Shown: positions 35,445 through 39,272 of the stretch, one piece after another
Position numbering within the stretch: position 1 is the stretch's first letter
Layout of the letters: every line of letters starts with the position of its first letter
Virus record (IMG/VR): IMGVR_UViG_3300048861_000028
Span: 1-39,272 of that record
Strand: one strand, 5' to 3'
Origin: a virus
Lineage: Duplodnaviria; Caudoviricetes
DNA length: 39,272 nucleotides
Made by a program: the position numbers and the translations under genes
Notes under the pieces: generated by a model
Told to the model about the DNA's origin: nothing
Seen by the model: only the letters and a program-made list of their open reading frames with translations
Database searches by the model: none

Positions 35445-35887
35445 GCGGCCTCCCAGAGTAGTTTCTGGCCGCGCAATGCGGCGTCAGTGTCGATGCGTGG
35501 ACGAGCGGGCGTGTTCCAGTTGCCGCCGCCGCGCTCGCCGATCAGCGTCCAGCCAGCTGCGCGTAGGCTTGCGCCGCCCTCGGCGGGCAACGTGTAGGTG
35601 ATGAGGCGCCGATAACCCATAGCCTTCGCCGCGCGCCACGCCGCGCCATACAGCATTGAGCAAGCGTTCCGCGCACCGTCCGTGCAACAGCGGTTTACTT
35701 CCAGTGTGAGCCCGTCGTCGTTGCCTCGCGCTACGGGCCGACCGACAATCGCCACGCCGTGCACCGTTTCACCATCGGCGGCCGCGATGCTGAATTTGTG
35801 CCCGATGACTGGTTTATGGTGTCGATGATGCTGATAGACAAATGCGTTCGCCTCAGCCAGCGTGGTCGGCACGATGACGATGCTCAT
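35441..35887 (-). CDS. XF1762-type, Mom-like GNAT protein (putative DNA-modifying enzyme)
   Basis: Start ATG 35887 (GGAG RBS, ATGA overlap); ANAFV..HHRHH, GVAIVGRP, LEVNRCC, NACSMLY, LITYT, GASLRAAGW. Confidence 0.72.
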   Translation of the reverse strand: MSIVIVPTTLAEANAFVYQHHRHHKPVIGHKFSIAAADGETVHGVAIVGRPVARGNDDGLTLEVNRCCTDGARNACSMLYGAAWRAAKAMGYRRLITYTLPAEGGASLRAAGWTLIGERGGGNWNTPARPRIDTDAALRGQKLLWEAA

Positions 35888-36429
35888 CCCTGCTCCCCGC
35901 CAGATGCAGCGGCAATAGCTGCGTCGATAGCTGTATCGAGGGCAAACGGTGACGGGTTTTTGACGCCGTAGTTGTAGGCGGCAAGCCGAATCACTCGGTA
36001 GCGGGCAGCATCTCTCGCGTCGGTCTGCGTCTCTGCCATCGCGGGAGCGTGGGTAGCGGCGAGGGCATCGAATACGCCAAGGTTGCCCAAGACGCGCTCG
36101 GTACGCTCCGTGGCTTCTTGCCAGAACCAACTTGCGACCATTCCAACGCTTCCGGCTCCATCCTGCAGCGCCGACTTAATCCCACCGCGCACAAAGTCGA
36201 AAAGGTCACGCCGATCAATCATCACGTCATCTTTGCTCGCCACAGTCGCGCCGTCTGTCTGCGGAGGGGTAGCGAGAGCGGCGTGCATTGCCAGAACATC
36301 GCGCTTAGCATCTTGCAGTGCAAAGAAAATTGCCGCCTGCGACATTTTTGACATTGCCTCCGGGTCGCACTTTTCCCATTGCTCGCGCGTTCTCGCAAGG
36401 CTCGGCGCTGCTGTATCAGTGGTGTTCAT
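35884..36429 (-). CDS. hypothetical early protein
   Basis: GAGGA RBS; DAARYR...LDTAIDAAI C-terminal motif common in Ead/Ea22-region proteins. Confidence 0.7.
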   Translation of the reverse strand: MNTTDTAAPSLARTREQWEKCDPEAMSKMSQAAIFFALQDAKRDVLAMHAALATPPQTDGATVASKDDVMIDRRDLFDFVRGGIKSALQDGAGSVGMVASWFWQEATERTERVLGNLGVFDALAATHAPAMAETQTDARDAARYRVIRLAAYNYGVKNPSPFALDTAIDAAIAAASGGEQG

Positions 36430-36873
36430 ATGTCCTCACTCTGCAAATAGGTCGGCAATTGCCTTGCGGGCGTGCCGTGTCTGAGCCGCATTAATGCGGT
36501 GGTGATCGGCGTCGTATGCCAGGTGACAGCGCTGGCACAACGCCTTCAGGTTGTCGTCATCGCAGTGCTCGGGCACGTGGTCAAGGTGGGCAATAGTCAG
36601 CACGACGCGAGTCCACTTGTTGCCGCAATACTCGGATGCCTTGCACCGGCCTAGCACGCGGCCATCGTCAGCCGCATAGACTTCGCCGTCGCCTTCGAAG
36701 CGTTGGAACGTGCCGGCGTCTTTGCCGATGCCGCGAACGATCATGTCGGCGTTTGCAACATGGCACTGCTCGCAGCAGTTGCCGGCGCGCATCAGAATGC
36801 GTTCACGGATCTGCTTCCAGTCAGCCGGGTAGCGCGCCCGGTTCTCAGGCTTGATCGGCATATGTCCTCACTC
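36427..36873. repeat. 15-bp direct repeats flanking the HNH gene
   Basis: CATATGTCCTCACTC at 36427-36441 and 36859-36873. Confidence 0.85.
36436..36861 (-). CDS. HNH-like endonuclease
   Basis: YPADW..IRERI..RAGNCCEQC; VVLTIAHLDH.PE.CDDDNLKALCQRCH. Confidence 0.8.
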   Translation of the reverse strand: MPIKPENRARYPADWKQIRERILMRAGNCCEQCHVANADMIVRGIGKDAGTFQRFEGDGEVYAADDGRVLGRCKASEYCGNKWTRVVLTIAHLDHVPEHCDDDNLKALCQRCHLAYDADHHRINAAQTRHARKAIADLFAE

Positions 36874-37734
36874 ATTCGATTGATTCGCGCGAGGCGCGGA
36901 TGAATTCCGCCGCTGGGCGCGGGTCGATTGCGTTTCCGATGGCGCGCAATTTAGCCACTCTGGCGGGTATCCCATTTCCCAGCCACCGAACTCGGGGTGG
37001 AGGGAGCCGCCGCCACTTTCCATCGGGGCATTCGACGTATTGGCAACCGTCGATACCTGCGACGGCAGCGGAGAACCCCCGGCTCCGAAAGTCATGTTCG
37101 GTCCACCCTTCGCCCCATCCGAAGCTCGGATCGTCGACCACATCGCAAGCACCACGTTCTGCAATGTCACCTGCGCTTTCGATCCGTCCGGCCGGCGTCC
37201 AGTCATCGACGTTCCTGCGGGAACCGTTTGGCCGCCGCTCGGCGTCGTCGCCGTGGGATAGAGCGCGATCAGAATCTTGCGTATCGCGACTTGTCCCGCG
37301 CTGTTGCCGGCTTCGTTGTAGCCGTCGCGTGCCGGCGCGTTGCTGGTCATCGTGGGCCACAAACCAACAACGATCCCGAAAGTGGTCCGCACCTGCGCTC
37401 GCGGCTTCGATAGGCATTGCCCCCACGGCGTATTCCAGGGCTTCCAGGTTATGTCGCACGAGACCGAGCCAGTCAGCTGCTGCCGCAACCTGCTCTCCAA
37501 AGATGATTGCAGGGCGTCGCTCCTTGATGAGCCAGTACCACGCAGGCCAGAGGTGTCTCGGGTCATCAAACCCAAGTCCTTTGCCTGCGACGGAGAAAGG
37601 TTGGCAAGGACAGGAACCGGTCCAAACAGGTCTGTCGTCCGGCCATCCAGCGACTCGCAGGGAGCGCGACCAGCCGCCAAGCCCAGCGAAGAAGTGACAC
37701 TGCGTGAAGCCTCGCAGATCATCAGGTCGGACAT
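36868..37734 (-). CDS. putative beta polypeptide of the C5-MTase in an alternate frame (TRD-like repeats + motif IX)
   Basis: 288-aa open frame nested in the MTase; AAGGAG-N8-ATG; WPT/YPT/WST repeats; LHPEFGGWEMGYPPEW. Confidence 0.68.
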   Translation of the reverse strand: MSDLMICEASRSVTSSLGLAAGRAPCESLDGRTTDLFGPVPVLANLSPSQAKDLGLMTRDTSGLRGTGSSRSDALQSSLESRLRQQLTGSVSCDITWKPWNTPWGQCLSKPRAQVRTTFGIVVGLWPTMTSNAPARDGYNEAGNSAGQVAIRKILIALYPTATTPSGGQTVPAGTSMTGRRPDGSKAQVTLQNVVLAMWSTIRASDGAKGGPNMTFGAGGSPLPSQVSTVANTSNAPMESGGGSLHPEFGGWEMGYPPEWLNCAPSETQSTRAQRRNSSAPRANQSNE

Positions 37735-37846
37735 CCTCAATACTCCTTTCGTCTACTTCACCGGCGGCGATGTGGCCAGCGGCAATCAGGTTGCGAAGCC
37801 ACTGCGCCGCGTACGGGTCAATTTCGTTGTAGTAAGCGCCGGGCAT
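36872..37846 (-). CDS. DNA (cytosine-5)-methyltransferase, catalytic (alpha) polypeptide
   Basis: Motif I FFAGLGG, IV GSCPCQPFS, VI GEQV, VIII HFRDRCW, X LRAIGNAI; no motif IX in this frame. Confidence 0.88.
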   Translation of the reverse strand: MPGAYYNEIDPYAAQWLRNLIAAGHIAAGEVDERSIEDVRPDDLRGFTQCHFFAGLGGWSRSLRVAGWPDDRPVWTGSCPCQPFSVAGKGLGFDDPRHLWPAWYWLIKERRPAIIFGEQVAAAADWLGLVRHNLEALEYAVGAMPIEAASAGADHFRDRCWFVAHDDQQRAGTRRLQRSRQQRGTSRDTQDSDRALSHGDDAERRPNGSRRNVDDWTPAGRIESAGDIAERGACDVVDDPSFGWGEGWTEHDFRSRGFSAAVAGIDGCQYVECPDGKWRRLPPPRVRWLGNGIPARVAKLRAIGNAIDPRPAAEFIRASRESIE

Positions 37847-37889
37847 TTATTTCCTCTTCGCGCAGCCACTGCGCGGCGTAGGTGGCGGT

Positions 37890-37956
37890 ATAAAAAGCGG
37901 GGCGCGCGCAACAGGCCACGCCCCTTCAAACGCCGCAATGCCGGGATTGGCATTGC
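37890..37956 (-). terminator. tandem hairpins / probable terminator upstream of the MTase
   Basis: GCAATGCC-N6-GGCATTGC (37935-37956), then GGGGCGTG..GCGCGCCCC-GCTTTTT on the minus strand. Confidence 0.45.
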
Positions 37957-37969
37957 CCTTAACGGCCGG

Positions 37970-38641
37970 TTACTCCGATTGCTCGGTCTGTTCTTCGCTC
38001 TGCTGCTCGGGGTCGAGTGGCGGGATATCGGTTCCGGCGAACGGATCGTCAGCGCCGCCGGCTTTCTCCGCCGCGGTCTTTTTCTTCGGCGCCTTCGCCT
38101 TGCGCGACTGCTCGACCAGATCGGCCTGCTTCTCGCTGGGCGGCGTCAGGCTGATCTCGCATTCGAGCTGCATCATCTGGTCGATCTTTCCCTGATCGGC
38201 CGCATTCGGCTTCGCGTACGCATTGAACACAACCAGCACCGTGCCGCCGTCCTTCATGTCGAACGAGAAATCGGACAACTCAACGCCCTCGAGCCGGATG
38301 TTCGATTGCTCGCTCGCGCCGGTGTGATAGACCATTTCGAAGCCGGCGAACTCTTTCTTGAACTTCACCGGCATCTGCAGGAACGGGATGCGCAGCTTCG
38401 TCAGTTCGACGTCTTGACGCGGCAGAGACAGTTCGCCCTGGCCTGCATCGTTGGCGTTCTGCTTGCCGTCGTCCTTCTGGTAGAAGGCGCTGCGCAACTG
38501 CGGATCGAACTCGGCGAGCACGCCGTTATCGGTCGTCCATTCGAGCTTGACGTTCTGCGCGTGCTCGCGGCCGTCGCCCTTGAATTCCGCGACGGTGGTC
38601 ACGGAGCGGATCTTCATCAGTTTTTGCTCGACGCTAAACAT
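37970..38641 (-). CDS. hypothetical protein with acidic C-terminal tail
   Basis: AGGAG RBS; 223 aa, beta-rich core. Confidence 0.75.
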   Translation of the reverse strand: MFSVEQKLMKIRSVTTVAEFKGDGREHAQNVKLEWTTDNGVLAEFDPQLRSAFYQKDDGKQNANDAGQGELSLPRQDVELTKLRIPFLQMPVKFKKEFAGFEMVYHTGASEQSNIRLEGVELSDFSFDMKDGGTVLVVFNAYAKPNAADQGKIDQMMQLECEISLTPPSEKQADLVEQSRKAKAPKKKTAAEKAGGADDPFAGTDIPPLDPEQQSEEQTEQSE

Positions 38642-38664
38642 AGGGTTCTCCTGGTGGTGGCGGG

Positions 38665-38847
38665 TTACTGCTTCGGCGTGCGCGCGGCGATGTCGCGGAT
38701 GCGGGACGCAACGCGTTCGGGAATGGCGATCACCTGACCGCCGTCAAGAGCCGCGAAAGCGGGCCGCAGAAGCTCGCGATCAACGGGCGCAAGGTGTACG
38801 TCACGAATGCGGCGCAAGTCTTTCCAGAGCGGGGAATCGACGGTCAC
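38665..38847 (-). CDS. hypothetical protein (60 aa)
   Basis: GGAG RBS + GTG immediately after the recT stop. Confidence 0.55.
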   Translation of the reverse strand: MTVDSPLWKDLRRIRDVHLAPVDRELLRPAFAALDGGQVIAIPERVASRIRDIAARTPKQ

Positions 38848-38848
38848 G

Positions 38849-39272
38849 TCAAGCTCCAAGCAGCACTTCACGCTTGTCGTCGTAGGCCTGCTGCAGCTTG
38901 ACGAACTCGGCCTGCGGCAGATCGCGACCGCTGTCGAGCACCATCGCGAGCGTGTCGACGTCGTCGGCCTTCTGGATCTGCGCGAGCAGGTCACCGTAGG
39001 CCGGCACGATGGCGTCGCTTTGCTGCTGGCGCTGGTCGGTGATCTCGCCGGTGGACTGGTCGACATAGTCGTCTTCCACGGTCGTGAACTGGCCGTCGAT
39101 GATCGCGCCGTTGTCCTGTGGCAAACCCATTTCTGCGCGCTCGTCGAGGCCGACAGCGGTCTGGATTTCAACGCTGACCGGCAGAAACTTGAACAGGCGA
39201 CGGACTACCGTTTTGAGCGCCATGGCTTCGTAATCGGTGATCCACGGGTTATCGCCTTTCTTGCCTTCAGCG
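38849..39272 (-). CDS. recT: RecT C-terminal part
   Basis: NPWITDYEAMALKTVVRRLFKFLPVSVE matches the RecT C-terminal motif (PW....EMAKKT..RRLFKYLP.S.E). Confidence 0.9.
   Translation of the reverse strand, partial: AEGKKGDNPWITDYEAMALKTVVRRLFKFLPVSVEIQTAVGLDERAEMGLPQDNGAIIDGQFTTVEDDYVDQSTGEITDQRQQQSDAIVPAYGDLLAQIQKADDVDTLAMVLDSGRDLPQAEFVKLQQAYDDKREVLLGA

Larger units (their letters stand above)
1..39272. mobile_element. temperate podophage genome, near complete, circularly permuted
   Basis: All modules present, no host genes, recT split across ends, attP-like region internal. Confidence 0.92.

Noticed and set aside
35888-36130. N-terminal extension of the 229-aa ORF 35441-36130
   Set aside because: Overlaps the upstream gene in another frame; the real start is likely ATG 35887 with RBS and ATGA coupling
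37340-38737. 465-aa and 265-aa plus-strand ORFs opposite the MTase region
   Set aside because: Antisense shadows of the minus-strand genes; no recognisable motifs, unlike the same-strand beta frame

Overview
A near-complete, circularly permuted genome (~39.3 kb, GC-rich) of a temperate podophage. The host is probably a betaproteobacterium such as a Burkholderiaceae member; this is inferred from GC content and gene style and is not proven. recT is split across the two ends of the window. The early region is lambdoid: YqaJ/RecT recombination, a cI-cro-cII switch with identifiable 18-bp operators, replication initiator, P-like protein and RuvC. The virion module is BPP-1/epsilon15/T7-like: TerS/TerL, portal, scaffold, capsid, cement, tail tubular A/B, four ejection proteins (one with a GH108 lysozyme) and a beta-helix tailspike. 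It is followed by a holin/lambda-R/spanin lysis cassette, a conversion region (signal-peptide C1q-like protein, acyltransferase-3), an apparently intact attP, integrase/excisionase and an accessory early-left region. The most notable signals are: (1) a C5 DNA methyltransferase apparently encoded as two fully overlapping same-strand reading frames (M.EcoHK31I-type alpha/beta), near a Mom-like GNAT and a repeat-flanked HNH gene; (2) a highly structured capsid-gene leader with its own promoter and an occluded RBS; (3) a GNAT-cupin fusion in the virion module; (4) an exported C1q-like protein coupled to the spanins. All product calls come from reading motifs and synteny by eye; no database searches were run.
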